A stretch of DNA of 64,000 nt from Eledone cirrhosa (GCA_964016885.1 OZ024765.1:3906001-3970000), one strand, 5' to 3'. Positions 26,076 through 38,653 are shown, numbered from the stretch's first letter. The notes: generated by a model from the letters alone, not told the origin. Numbers and translations: made by a program.

Positions 26076-26819
26076 ATGATAAATTAACCATTTTATATTT
26101 CTAAAATACTTAATCTAATTTCTAAAAAAATCAAAATTACATATCTTTATGAAATTAAAAAAATTAAATAAAGATAATTATATATATTTTTTATCCGTGT
26201 TAAAAGAAGGTTCGAACAATATTATCAACTAGTTTTGACTTTCACATTAACGTTGTTGTAAAACTTTTTTAAAATAACTGGAACGAATTTATTTTATTTA
26301 TAGATAAAATACATTTTTTAAAAACATATGATATAATGTTATTTGAAATAATTAAATAACGATATTTTAATAATCTACGCAATTTTCATGTAAATAACAT
26401 AACAAAATATTTTATAACTAGATAATTAGCCCCACTTTTGTAAGTTATTTCATTATATTTAAACTTGTAAGATTAGAGATTAGTAGTAATAGTTATGTTT
26501 ATAGAACTTCAATAATATGTAATGTAGAAATAAATATATAATATGATATGATATGGACGAGAAATTTAGTAACTTTTCGCATCATTGAATTCTTTGTAAC
26601 TACCTCAAACAATTCGATTGGTATCTGTTCTATTGCAGCTATAATATCGATTTATCCCTAATACAAAATTGAAACATGTAAATCAATTAGATAATGTATT
26701 GAGCCTTGGTATTTTTTTCATTATATATATATATATATATACATACAGACATTTTTTCCAATTCCACATATTATATTATATTATACTATATTATATTATA
26801 TTATACTATATTATATTAT

Positions 26820-26935
26820 ATCGGCGTGGTATTGAGTTCCGTTTCGTTTCTTTCAATCCTATATTTACCATCAACCTCAACATTACCTTCTCCTCAATAA
26901 CAGCGCGAATGTTTGGATTCGAACTTTAAAGATGT
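26820..26935 (+). promoter_or_regulatory. Possible non-coding first exon / promoter of the WRN-like gene
   Basis: Second CpG-containing patch ending in donor-like gtacgt/gtaatc; WRN exon 1 has an upstream acceptor (ttag 30261-30264). Confidence 0.3.
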
Positions 26936-27243
26936 ACGTAATCTATAATTCATATTTTCTTATTTAATTTCACCAGAATTTCTATTTTAATTTAGTTCAG
27001 TATTATTATTAATATAATCTTTATTTTTTAATTCCATATACCGTTACATTATATTAACAAGAGTTTTTTTTTACAGGTTTCATCATTTTAATTACGTCTT
27101 CAAGTCTTGCGTCTTCTACTATATATAGATTGATAGATATCGATAGATATATAGCTAGATATCGATATATATATATATATACAGGTAGCTAGATATTGAT
27201 AGATAGATATATGGAGAGAGATAGCTAGATATCGATATATATA

Positions 27244-27290
<47 letters not shown>

Positions 27291-28332
27291 TCCAGAAATA
27301 GCCGTCGAAACGGCTTGAGCTCTGCCGTCGGGGTCATACTTTTTCCTATTACCCACTCTACTACCCTAAGTATTGAGTACTCTGGTGCGTTATGGTCCAT
27401 ATTGTTCCTTACCACATTTCCTTCGTTATATATAGGTAGCTAGATATTGATAGATAGATATCGATAGAGAGAGATAGCTGGATATCGATATATATACATA
27501 AATATATATAGGAAAATCATTAGAGAGGTTGCCCAGTACTCCTCGCTGCTGTCTTTTGCTCTGGTGTTGGCTCCGTTGTTCACCCCTTCCTTTACATTTT
27601 CTTTAATATTGTAACATTAAAAGAATATATCTTTCTGAAAGAATGGCGAGCAATTTATAATGTTATCTAAGCACTTGTAATGTTATTTACGTATATATTT
27701 AAAACATATTTGTTATGTTATGCTCTGTTTATATTTTCATTCTGAAAGAATTGCAAACGATTTGTAATGTTAATTATACAACTATGAATAAAGTTGTAAT
27801 TGTGACAGTTTTATAGGAAAATGTTCAAGACCCCGACGGCAGAACTCAAGCCGTTTCGACGGCTATTTCTGGTGCCTTATGGTTCTTTACCACACTCCCT
27901 TCATTATATCTATCTATCTATCTATCTATCTAAGGCGGGTAAAATTCCCGAGATCCATGGACGAGTTCTCTCCAGCGGTCTCTGTCCCTCATTATATATA
28001 TATAGGTAGCTAGATATTGATAGATAGATATCAATATATATATAGAGAGACTGGCTCTGGCCGCCTTCGGGTCTTAAACATTTCTATCTATTTTCCAGCC
28101 CCTTGGATCGTGTCTAGCATTATTATGGTGAATTGGCAGTATCGGTAGAAGGCCGGACGCCATGCTTTCCAGCATAGTTACGTCCCTTTACGGTCTGAGT
28201 TCAAATGCCGCCGAGGTTAACTTTGCCTTTCATCCTTACGGGGGTCGATAAAATAAAGTACCAGTAATGTACTGGGTAATTGCTGGCCTTGTGCCAAAAG
28301 TAGAAACAATTTATTATATTCCTTTATTAGAT

Positions 28333-28392
28333 AACACCTGATGATGTCACCGGGTTCCTGGGAAGCCTTGTCATTGAAATGTGCATAGTGTT
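28333..28392 (+). ncRNA. Minimal type I hammerhead ribozyme, partly decayed
   Basis: aacac-CTGATGA-[imperfect stem II]-GAAA-tgtgcat-A-gtgtt; AATAAA follows. Confidence 0.6.
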
Positions 28393-30317
28393 TGTAATAA
28401 ATATTTAAGGAATTTCATCAGTCCAGCCTCCTGTCATTTTACTCAACTATATATATCGATAGATGTATAGATAGATATTAACAGCATGCTTACAGATAAA
28501 CATGATTTATATTATAAGGCGGTGGATTGGCAGTATCGGTAGAGGCTCGGACGCCATGCTTTGACGCATAGAGTTACGGCCCTTGCCATTCTGAGTTCAA
28601 ATCCCGCCGAGGTTAACTTTGCCTTTCATCCTTACGGGGTCGATAAAATAAAGTACCAGTAATACACTACGTAATTGCTGGCCTTGTACCAAAAGTAGAA
28701 ACAATGATTTATATTATAAACAAAAGCAAAAGTGTGAAAATACGCAAGAAAAACAGCAATTACCCAGTACGTTACTGGTACTTTATTTTATCGACCCCGT
28801 AAGGATGAAAGGCAAAGTTAACCTCGGCGGGATTTGAACTCAGATCATAAAGGGCCATAACTCTATGCTGCAAAGAATGGCATCCGATAATAATGATTTC
28901 TAGTATAGGCACAAGGCCAGTAATTTTGGGGAAGGGAAAGTCGATCAAATTGACTTCAGTGTATTACTGGTACTTTATTTTATCGACCCCCGTAAGGATG
29001 AAAGGCAAAGTTAACCTCGACGGAACTTGAACTCAGATCCCAAAGGGCCGTAACTCTAGTCAAATACTGGGGTAGATTCTTCCTTTATATCTCCCTCTTT
29101 CTCCCTTCTCTCTCTCTCTCTCTCTCTCTATCTTCCTCCTCTGGAAGAAATCTGCTATATTCAGACCTGGATAAGAGATGGGTTCAACAAGGTTTTAAAA
29201 AGTCCCCTAGAAACACCATATGTCAATACGGTGACCCCACGACTGTCAAGATTTACAGGGCCATGCATGTATGCAATTTGGGGGGCAAATCAACACGCCT
29301 GCAGGATTGTTATGGGTCATATCGGGGTATAAAATACGCATCATCAGGATTGATTAAGCTTGACCCCTAGCTAAAAATTCCATGGATAGGGGAACCTTAC
29401 ATTAAACTGATTTTAATTTTTTAGTGAAAAGGGTCAGATATATCTTGAGTTTAAATCCTGGGAGGTGTGGTGTGGTGTGGTGAGGTATATCTTGTTCTTT
29501 TTGAAAACACTTCTGTTCATGTTGCTGCAGTCAACTCATCTGAAAATGTGTACCAGCAAAAGCTAGGGCTTTACCCTGCAATGGACTGGTGTCCTGTCCA
29601 GGGGTGAGTCTTGGACTCGCAGTCCCTAAACGCCGATGAAACCAAGATAAGCTCCACTCTTGAGACAAACTTTAACCCTGGACTGGTGTCCTGTCCAAGG
29701 GTGTCTTGTACTCTGTCACTTATCACTAATGAATCAAGCTGCAGCCTCTTGGTTTGGGACAAACTTTAACTCTGCGATAGACTGGTGACTTATCCAGGGG
29801 AGTTTTATACTCTTGGTTGCTTAACCCTTTTATTATCATATTTCTTATGAAATACACTGTATTTTGAATTAATTAATTAATAATTTAAAGGGATATTTTG
29901 ATGATGTTAATCATTTCCTTATTAAGATGGTATTAGTAATATAATTTAACAAAAGGCTCTTATGTCAAATGTCAAAATATTTCGTTTTTGCGTTTGTTTT
30001 GTAAAGGGGTATATTTGTGTGTGAAGAAGCGCGTTAGGAGGTGAAGGGTGTGTTAGGGGGTAGGTAACGGGGTATATTTGTGTGTGAAGGGGTATGTTAG
30101 GAGGTAAAGGGTGTTTGGAGGTGTGTTAGGACGTGTGTGAAGGGGTTAGAAGGTGGGTGGAAAGTGTGTTAGGACGTGGGAGGAGTGTTATAAATATCAA
30201 TGCTTTCCTTTGTTTTGTTTTGTTTTTTTTGTAATTGTATTATTTCATCTTTTTTTCATATTAGATAATAACTTCATCTGTCATCAAATAACACCAACAG
30301 ATGATCAGCGAGGAAGG

Positions 30318-30707
30318 ATGTCTTCGAAATCCTTGCATAAAAGATCAACCAAGCTTCAAGATCTCGTTGAAAAGTTTGTAAGTCGACTCGAAGGTTTCGA
30401 CGATGATCAACTCGATGGATTATTCCATTGCTCAGGCAGGGGTGACAGTAGTGAAGTGTCTTCTTTGTTGGACGTAGCCATCACTAAACTTGATCGAATG
30501 AATGAGATATTGTCAGAGGCTGCCAACCAGCAAAAAAAACAAGCTGCTTCTTTGCAGTCAAACTTTTCCAACAACAACAACAATAGTGATGATCTTGGTA
30601 AAAGAGATTCTCACAATAGCCATGTTAATAACTATAATAATGATAGTAATGATGTTGGTGATGACTTCAGCTTCGAATTAGATCTGGAGGAAGAACTAAG
30701 AAATGAG
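30318..30707 (+). CDS. WRN: WRN-like helicase coding exon 1 (MSSKSLHKRS...EEELRNE), non-conserved N-terminus
   Basis: Open frame of non-repeat sequence; acceptor at 30264; donor gtgagt in phase 0 fits next exon; start codon inferred. Confidence 0.65.
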
Positions 30708-30882
30708 GTGAGTTTTTTTATATTCAACTCTTAACCTGTTGACTACTGTATATATTTTACACAGCTACAGTTGCTGTGCTGGGTTTTTTTCCAGTAAAAT
30801 TACTATTTTTTTTAACAAACATTTATTAACAACATATCTGAATGATTAACAAACATCACATCAATAAACTAGTAACCTCCTC

Positions 30883-31717
30883 TAGCTTTGAAGTTACGAA
30901 CTGTTGGAAACGAGTTCATAACTTTGAAGTTATGAACTATTGGAAAAGAGTTCATAGCTTTGAAGTTATGAACTGTTGGAAAAGAGTTCATAACTTTGAA
31001 GTTATGAATTTTTGGAAAAGAATTCATCGCTTTGAAGTTATGAACTTGTAGTAATTAGTGGAACTCTTTTGTCTCTGTAACAAAGCTGTGCAGAGTTACC
31101 TGTTCTTTCTATAAGAGAGTTGACTTTCGCGCCTTCTTCCTCCTTTCCCATCGAAGCTTCGGGTCAACACACCTATGATGTGACGCTCCCACTATATTGA
31201 TAGTAACACCACGACATGTGGTATAAACGAATTCTCCAAAGCTTCTCTTCTAAGCTTTCTCATAAGGATTGGAGATAAACATGCAAGCCTTTTACTTCTT
31301 CTTTCATAAGGATTAATTAACTAATATATTCACAGGTATGACCTTTAAACATATGTAATACACACCTAGCACAAATAAACTACCAACTTAATTATTACAT
31401 TGTTGATAAAACTCTTTGTTGTATTTAACACATCTCCAATTAACATCTTGTCCAGTGATCTGTAAATGAACCTTATGTATTAAATGACTTGTCTGCATTC
31501 TTCATTCATCTCAGCCTTCCAAAATAACAGTTCATTAAAACAGATAATGGAATGTGGTATTCGATGCTGGTCGCGAGACTCAAAGCGCGTAAATCCACTA
31601 AATCACAATATCCTTATTTCGTTACAAACTGTTGGATAAGAGTTCATAGCTTTGAAGTTATGAACTGTTGGAAAAGAGTTCATAACTTTGAAGTTATGAA
31701 CTGTTGGATAAGAGTTA
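30883..31717. repeat. 36-bp palindromic tandem repeat, about 7 units, split by a solo LTR
   Basis: Unit gagttcataactttgaagttatgaactgttggaaaa at 30883-31046 and 31627-31717. Confidence 0.88.
31047..31626. mobile_element. Solo LTR (580 bp), probably Gypsy-type
   Basis: Termini TGTA...TACA; 4-bp TSD AACT at 31043-46 and 31627-30; removing it restores the host repeat unit. Confidence 0.8.
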
Positions 31718-31899
31718 ACAAATGTTAGGATGAGTTATCTCGTCCATGGCACTGAAGAGGTTAAATTTCTTATTGTTATATTTGGGGAGGGTGATGTTGT
31801 CCTAATATTGCCAGAAAAATATAGTAAAACACACTCACTGTTTGGTTTGGTTTTCAATTCAGTATAATTTTATATTTCTATAAATCAAACGGTTTGACA

Positions 31900-32794
31900 A
31901 CATTTAAATTGGCTGTATTGGCTAGAACTCTCTCACCTCTTTCTGTTCAAACCAGCTGTAACTGGCTGCTCATACTGATGTTGAGGTATTGTTCTCAAAA
32001 TAAATAACATCAAAATCTCATATAGCTTCGATATTATGTGAGATGAGTATGTGGGGTAAAGCCTTTACTGTGAAAATACAATAGTATATATAGAGTAATG
32101 TAAATGTTATGTGAGATATTATGTGAGGTAAAGCCTTTACTGTGAAAATACAATAGTATATATAGAGTAATGTAAATGTTATGTGAGATATTATGTGAGG
32201 TAAAGCCTTTACTGTGACAATACAATAGTATATATAGAGTAATGTAAATGTTATGTGAGATATTATGTGAGGTAAAGCCTTTACTGTGAAAATACAATAG
32301 TATATATAGAGTAATGTAAATGTTATGTGAGGTATTATGTGAGGTAAAGCCTTTACTGTGAAAATACAATAGTATATATAGAGTAATGTAAATGTTATGT
32401 GAGGTATTATGTGAGGTAAAGCCTTTACTGTGAAAATACAATAGTATATATAGAGTAATGTAAATGTTATGTGAGGTATTATGTGAGGTAAAGCCTTTAC
32501 TGTGAAAATACAATAGTATATATAGAGTAATGTAAATGTTATGTGAGATGAGTATGTGGGGTAAAGCCTTTACTGTGAAAATATAAAAGTATATATAGAG
32601 TAATGTAAATGTTATGTGAGATATTTAAACTGGCCATATCCAGCCAGAATTCTCTCACCTCTTACTGTTCAAACCGACCATAACTGACCACTCGTATTGA
32701 TGTTACAGTATTATTCTCAAAATAAATATCAAAATCTCACAGATTTACTGTGAAAATACAATAGTATATATAGAGTAATGTAAATGCTAAAGGG
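31900..32794 (-). mobile_element. Two adjacent MITE copies (one with about 8 units), ending in TIR+TTAA
   Basis: TAAATGCTAAAGGG|TTAA at 32781-32798; further copies at 23378-23697, 24872-25047, 33491-33920, 45025-45605. Confidence 0.75.
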
Positions 32795-32852
32795 TTAATG
32801 TGGTTTTTCTGAGGAACAGGAGGTTAAAAGACAAACATATTTGTGATTTCAG

Positions 32853-32975
32853 CTTGAAAATGATCGGACAGAAGAAGCTAAAAAAGAAACACTTAACAAC
32901 CACAACAGTAACAATGACACAAATGATGGGTTTGATGACTTCGACGATGAAGACAATGATGATGAACTTGTCATG
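32853..32975 (+). CDS. WRN: WRN-like exon 2 (acidic, LENDRTEE...DDELVM)
   Basis: tttcag/gtattc; 123 nt, phase 0-0; acidic like the region before the WRN helicase. Confidence 0.7.
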
Positions 32976-33413
32976 GTATTCCTTTATTCTTTTACTTGTT
33001 TCTGTCTTAGTAGATCTTGTCAACCCAACACTTCTTCTCAATATGCCCCACTACTTACTGGGATGTTGAAACATTCCTGGCTTTGGGTAGAAGAAAATAC
33101 TGGAAGATCAGTTATGATTAAATTTTTCAGCAAAAAGGATTAAATTTTTCAGGAAAAAAGATTAAATTTTTCAACAAATATGATAAAATTTTCCTACAAA
33201 AATCACTAAATTTTTCAACAAAAATAATTAAATTTTTCTAGAAAATTGATTAAATTTTCCTACAAAAATGATTAAATTTTTCAGCAAAAATAATTAAATT
33301 TTCCTACAAAAATGACTAAATTTTCTGACAACAATTATTTTAGGGGTGCTTCCAGTATTTTGTCATATCTTTATAGCGATAAATTTCCACTATTTTTCTT
33401 TCACTTCCTGTAG

Positions 33414-33474
33414 CAATTAGAGGAAGCAGAAAAATCCTTTGGCAGCCAGGAAAATGATGAAAGTATGGAAGAAG
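33414..33474 (+). CDS. WRN: WRN-like exon 3 (QLEEAEKSFGSQENDESMEE)
   Basis: tag/gtaatt; 61 nt; phase 1 fits next exon. Confidence 0.7.
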
Positions 33475-34229
33475 GTAATTCTTACTTAAACCTTTACCAT
33501 TTACATTACTCTATATATACTATTGTATTTTCACAGTAAAGGCTTTACCTCACATAATATCTCATAACATTTACATTACTCTATATATACTATTGTATTT
33601 TCACAGTAGAGGCTTTACCTCACATAATATCTCACATAACATTTACATTACTCTATATATACTATTGTATTTTCACAGTAGAGGCTTTACCTCACATAAT
33701 ATCTCACATAACATTTACATTACTCTATATATACTATTGTATTTTCATGCTAAAGGCTTTACTTCATATAATTATCTCACATAACATCGAATCTATGAGA
33801 TTTTGATATTATATATTTTGAGAACAATACCTTAATATAAGTATGAGTGACCAGTTACAGCCAGTTTGGACAGAAAGAGATGAGAGAATTCTGGCTGGAT
33901 ACGGCTGGTTTAAATTCTAAATAATTAAATCGCAGCTTTTCTCTCCATGAATGTATCTTTTCGATCTCCCCAATATAGTTACAGGAGTTGGCTGAAATCT
34001 TCATAGGCCGACCAAGATACTTTCATGGAATGACCAAATGAGGTTTATTTTTCAACATAGATACTCATAGCTAATCCTAGATACACATAGCTAGTCTTAA
34101 ATACTCACATCTAGTCTTAAATCCACACATCTAGCCCTAAATACATACATCCAGTCTTAAATACACACATCTGGTCCTAAATCCACACATCTAGTCTTAA
34201 ATACACACACCTGGTCTTAAATACACACT

Positions 34230-34875
34230 GTTACTTTGACGCTAAACTCCGCCAGTTGCAGACTGCGCATCAACATGAGATATTTTTCTCCACAAAGTTT
34301 GATCACCAACAGCAGAGTTTAAAGAGCAGAGATCAAGTCCTGTCCATAGGTTGACATTATCAAGCCATAGACTTGGCTGCCGGTTTCTGCTTCTCTTACC
34401 AACCAACCTTTCTTCCAGGAATATATAATACCTTTCGATCACCAACAGCAGAGTTTAAAGAGCAAAGATCAAGTCCAGTCCATAAGTTGACATTATCAAG
34501 CCATAGTTTTGGCTGCCTGCCTCTGCTTCTCTTGCCAGCCAACCTTCCTTCCAGGCATAACCTACTCCCACCACGAGTTGATCTTTTTATACGACTGTAT
34601 GGTTTAAGTGTTCTTAACTTGGCAACAGGATGTAATTGGTCTAAGTCTGGTAATGTTGAGCAGCTCACTGATACAGATACGGTCGCTGAGCCACTTGCCA
34701 AACATTCACGTTTCGACATCAGATGCCATTCCATCTATCTTAGCTAGCAAGATATCTCATGCCATCAAAAATTTGAAGCGAGGAAAAAGCCCTGGACTGG
34801 ACAACATATACTCAGAATTCATCAAAGCTGGAGGTGGACCAATTATCAAAGCACTTCAACATCTTTTTAACTGTA
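34230..34875. mobile_element. LINE fragment: 3' end on minus strand plus an inverted upstream RT piece on plus strand
   Basis: AIKNLKRGKSPGLDNIYSEFIKAGG (+, about 34745-34875) adjoins the minus-strand C-terminal part. Confidence 0.7.
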
Positions 34876-35602
34876 TTAAATACACATATCAGGGCGGTAG
34901 AGGGCTGGATGCCATGGTTTGCAGCATAGAGTTACGGTCCTTTATGATCTGAGTTCAAATCCCGCCGAGGTTAACTTTGCCTTTTATCCTTACGGGGGTC
35001 GATAAAATAAAGTACCAGTAATGCACTGGGTAATTGCTGGCCTTGTGCCAAGAGTAGAAACAATTATTATTATTATTATTATTATCAAGGGTGGCGGATT
35101 GGTAGTATCGGTAGAGGGTCAGACCCATGCTTTGCAGCATAGTTACGGCTCTTTACGGTCTGAGTTTAAATCCTATAAAATCCGATAAAATAAAGTACCA
35201 GTCACGCACTGGGGTCGATTTAATCAACTTTCCCCTCCCCAAAATTGCTGGCCGTGTGTCTATCATCATCATCATCATTTTATGTCCGTTTTTCCCTGCT
35301 TGCAAGGGTGGGACGGGAACTGATTCTGGCTTGATTTCTACAGCTGGATGCCCTTCCTAACACCAACCTCATTTACAGTGAGTGCTGGGTGCTTTTTTCC
35401 CGTGGCACCTCCACGACCACTTTACAGTGGAATGATAGGGACCCCAGTCCCTATCATCTCATTTCTACAGCTGAGTAAACTGGAGCAATGTGAAATAAAG
35501 TGTCTTGCTCAAGGAAATAACACATCACCCGGTCTGAGAACTATATAAGAAACAATTAAATACACATGTAGCTACCATCCACCACCACCACCACATGTTC
35601 AT

Positions 35603-36155
35603 AATCATCATCATCATCATCATCAACGTTTAACGTCCGTGTTCCACGCTTGCATGGGTTTGGACGGGGGTAGTCCCACTTGAGGCAAGAGTGATTGTCT
35701 TGCTCGCATAGGACTGTCTGGCAGGTTTTCTACAGTTGGATGCCCTTCCTAACACCAACCACATTTACAGTGTGGGTCTGGGAGGTTTTTACCGTGTTGC
35801 CTACACGGCCACATTACAGCGTGGACTGTGTGTTTTTTTGTCGTGACACCTACACGATCTCATTTGTTTCGGCCTGGATGGCGCGGCACCAACATAACTT
35901 TACATAGAACGGGGTGGTGTGGATGGGGTGGGGGTGGTGGCGGGACGGGGTGTATTTTGTTAGAGATGCCTACTGGCAAGGCGGGTCTTCTCTGTTACTG
36001 AGTACCGCCAAAGGTCACGGTCCAGTGACATTGTCTTGGAGAGGTGTAAGTGTGTGAGGTCGGAGTTTATCAGCTCATCCCATGTTTTTCTAGGTCTGCC
36101 TATTCCGTGGCTACCGTCTATCTTTATTGCCCTGCACTTTGTAATACAGCTATCG
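35603..36155 (-). mobile_element. RTE-clade LINE 3' end, twin of 1880-2545
   Basis: Near-identical sequence. Confidence 0.8.
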
Positions 36156-36188
36156 ATATAAGTATTTTCTCTGTGTCTCCCTCTGCAG

Positions 36189-36261
36189 ATATTGACCAAC
36201 CAGTTGATCCAGTGTATCTTCGCACTTTGAAGAAATATTTTGGATATTCCAAGTTTAGAAA
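36189..36261 (+). CDS. WRN: WRN-like exon 4 (LKKYFGYSKFR; RecQ motif 0)
   Basis: LxxYFGxxxF motif; cag/gtaagt; 73 nt. Confidence 0.92.
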
Positions 36262-36604
36262 GTAAGTCGTTTGAATACATTAGTTGTCATCACCATTATC
36301 ATCATCATCATCATTATCATCATCATCATCACCATTATCATCACCATCATTATCAACACCCATATCATCATCACCAACATCATTATCATCAACATCGTTA
36401 TTATTATAATAATAATAAAAATAATAATGAAATTATTGTGTACAGTGCTCAGGTGCACTACAGCTAATCAAAGGTGCATGTATAGTAGTACGTAGAATAA
36501 TACACAAATGTCAGGTAAGTGAATAGTGTATGAGTCATGATATACATGTGTGCGTGTGTATGGAGGGGGAATATCTGGTGTAGTGTTGGCGAATCTCAGG
36601 AAGC

Positions 36605-37510
36605 ATGGAGCATCATCATCATCACAAACATCATCACTATCATCATCATCATTTTCATCTTCATCACTATATCCACTATCATCACCATCAACAGCGTCAC
36701 TATCATCATCATCACCACCTCCACTACCACCACCACCACCACTACTATCACCACCTCCACCACCATCACCACCTCCACCATCACCACCACCACCACCATC
36801 ACCACCTCCACCATCACCACCACCACCACCATCACCACCACTACCATCACCACCTCCACTACTATCACCACCTCCACCACCATCACCACCTCTACTACCA
36901 CCACCACACCACCTCCACCACCATCACCACCTCCACTACCACCACCACCTCCACCACCATCACCACCTCCACCACCATCACCACCTCCACTACCACCACC
37001 ACCACCACCTCCACTACCATCACCACCTCCACTACTACCACCACCTCCACTACCACCACCACCTCCACTACCATCACCACCTCCACTACCACCACCACCT
37101 CCACTACCATCACCACCTCCACTACCATCACCACCTCCACTACCACCACCACCTCCACTACCATCACCTCCACTACCATCACCACCTCCACTACCACCAC
37201 CACCTCCACTACCATCACCACCTCCACTACCATCACCACCTCCACCACCATCACCACCTCCACTACTACCACCACCTCCACTACCATCACCACCTCCACT
37301 ACCATCACCACCTCCACTACCACCACCACCTCCACTACTACCACCACCTCCACTACCATCACCACCTCCACTACCATCACCACCTCCACTACCACCACCA
37401 CCTCCACTACTATCACCACCTCCACTACCATCACCACCTCCACTACCATCACCACCTCCACTATCACCACCACCTCCACTATCACCACCTCCACCACCAC
37501 CACCCCTACC
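36605..37510. repeat. Compound (CAC/CAT/CTC) triplet low-complexity tract
   Basis: Source of the poly-P/H/T/G/V ORFs; lies in the intron between WRN exons 4 and 5. Confidence 0.95.
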
Positions 37511-37555
37511 ACTTAGAATGTTATTATTATTATTATAATTATCTGTATCTTCTAG

Positions 37556-37623
37556 AATGCAGTGGAAAATCATAAATGCAATTTTGAATCTCAAAAAGGA
37601 CAACTGTGTTGTCATGCCAACAG
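37556..37623 (+). CDS. WRN: WRN-like exon 5 (MQWKIINAILNLKKDNCVVMPT)
   Basis: WRN-typical QWKxI...DNxxVMxTG; tag/gtaaac; 68 nt. Confidence 0.93.
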
Positions 37624-37659
37624 GTAAACTGATATTTTTGTTTTTACTTTCTTGGCACA

Positions 37660-38415
37660 ATAAAATACACCCAGTACACTCTGTAAAGTGGTAGTGTTGA
37701 TGTCATGATAAAATACACCCAGTACACTCTGTAAAGTGGTAGTGCTGGTGTCATGATAAAATACACCCAGTACACTCTGTAAAGTGGTAGTATTGGTGTC
37801 ATGATAAAATACACCCAGTCCACTCTGTAAAGTGGTAGTGTTGGTGTCATGATAAAATACACCCAGTCCACTCTGTAAAGTGGTAGTGTTGGTGTAATGA
37901 TAAAATACACCCAGTACACTCTGTAAAGTGGTACTGCTGGTGTCATGATAAAATACACCCAGTACACTCTGTAAAGTGGTAGTGTTGGTGTCATGATAAA
38001 ATACACCCAGTACACTCTGTAAAGTGGTAGTGTTGGTGTCATGATAAAACACACCCAGTACACTCTGTAAAGTGGTGGTACTGGTGTCATGATAAAATAC
38101 AACCAGTACACTGTAAAGTGGTAGTGCTGGTGTCATGATAAAATACACCCAGTACACTCTGTAAAGTGGTAGTGTTGGTGTCATGATAAAATACAACCAG
38201 TACACTGTAAAGTGGTAGTATTGGTGTCATGATAACATACACCCAGTCCACTCTGTAAAGTGGTAGTGTTGGTGTAATGATAAAATACAACCAGTACACT
38301 GTAAAGTGGTAGTGCTGGTGTCATGATAAAACACACCCAGTACACTCTGTAAAGTGGTAGTATTGGTGTCATGATAACATACACCCAGTACACTCTGTAA
38401 AATGGTAGTGCTGGA
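37660..38415. repeat. 48-bp family array
   Basis: Unit ctgtaaagtggtagtgctggtgtcatgataaaatacacccagtacact. Confidence 0.92.
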
Positions 38416-38653
38416 GTCACAATTCATGGTGTGAGTTGGTTATGCCTGGAAGGAAAGTTGGCTGGTAAGAGAAGCAGAGGCCGGCAGCCAAAATGATGGC
38501 TTGATAATGTCAACTTATGGACTGGACTTGATCTTTGCTCTTTAAACTCTGCTGCTGGTGATGGAACTTTGTGGTGAAAAATATCTCATATTGAGGCACA
38601 GTCTGCAACTGGTGGTGTTTAGCATCAACTAATAATAAATGTTAATGTTTTAA

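Noticed and set aside
29300-29352. Minus-strand CTGATGA motif
   Set aside because: No GAAA core or closing stems
30883-31717. CRISPR-like 36-bp palindromic repeats
   Set aside because: No unique spacers (the linker is near-constant), eukaryotic intron, no cas genes
36537-37660. Extensin-, formin- or His-rich ORFs
   Set aside because: Triplet low-complexity DNA open in several frames on both strands; intronic
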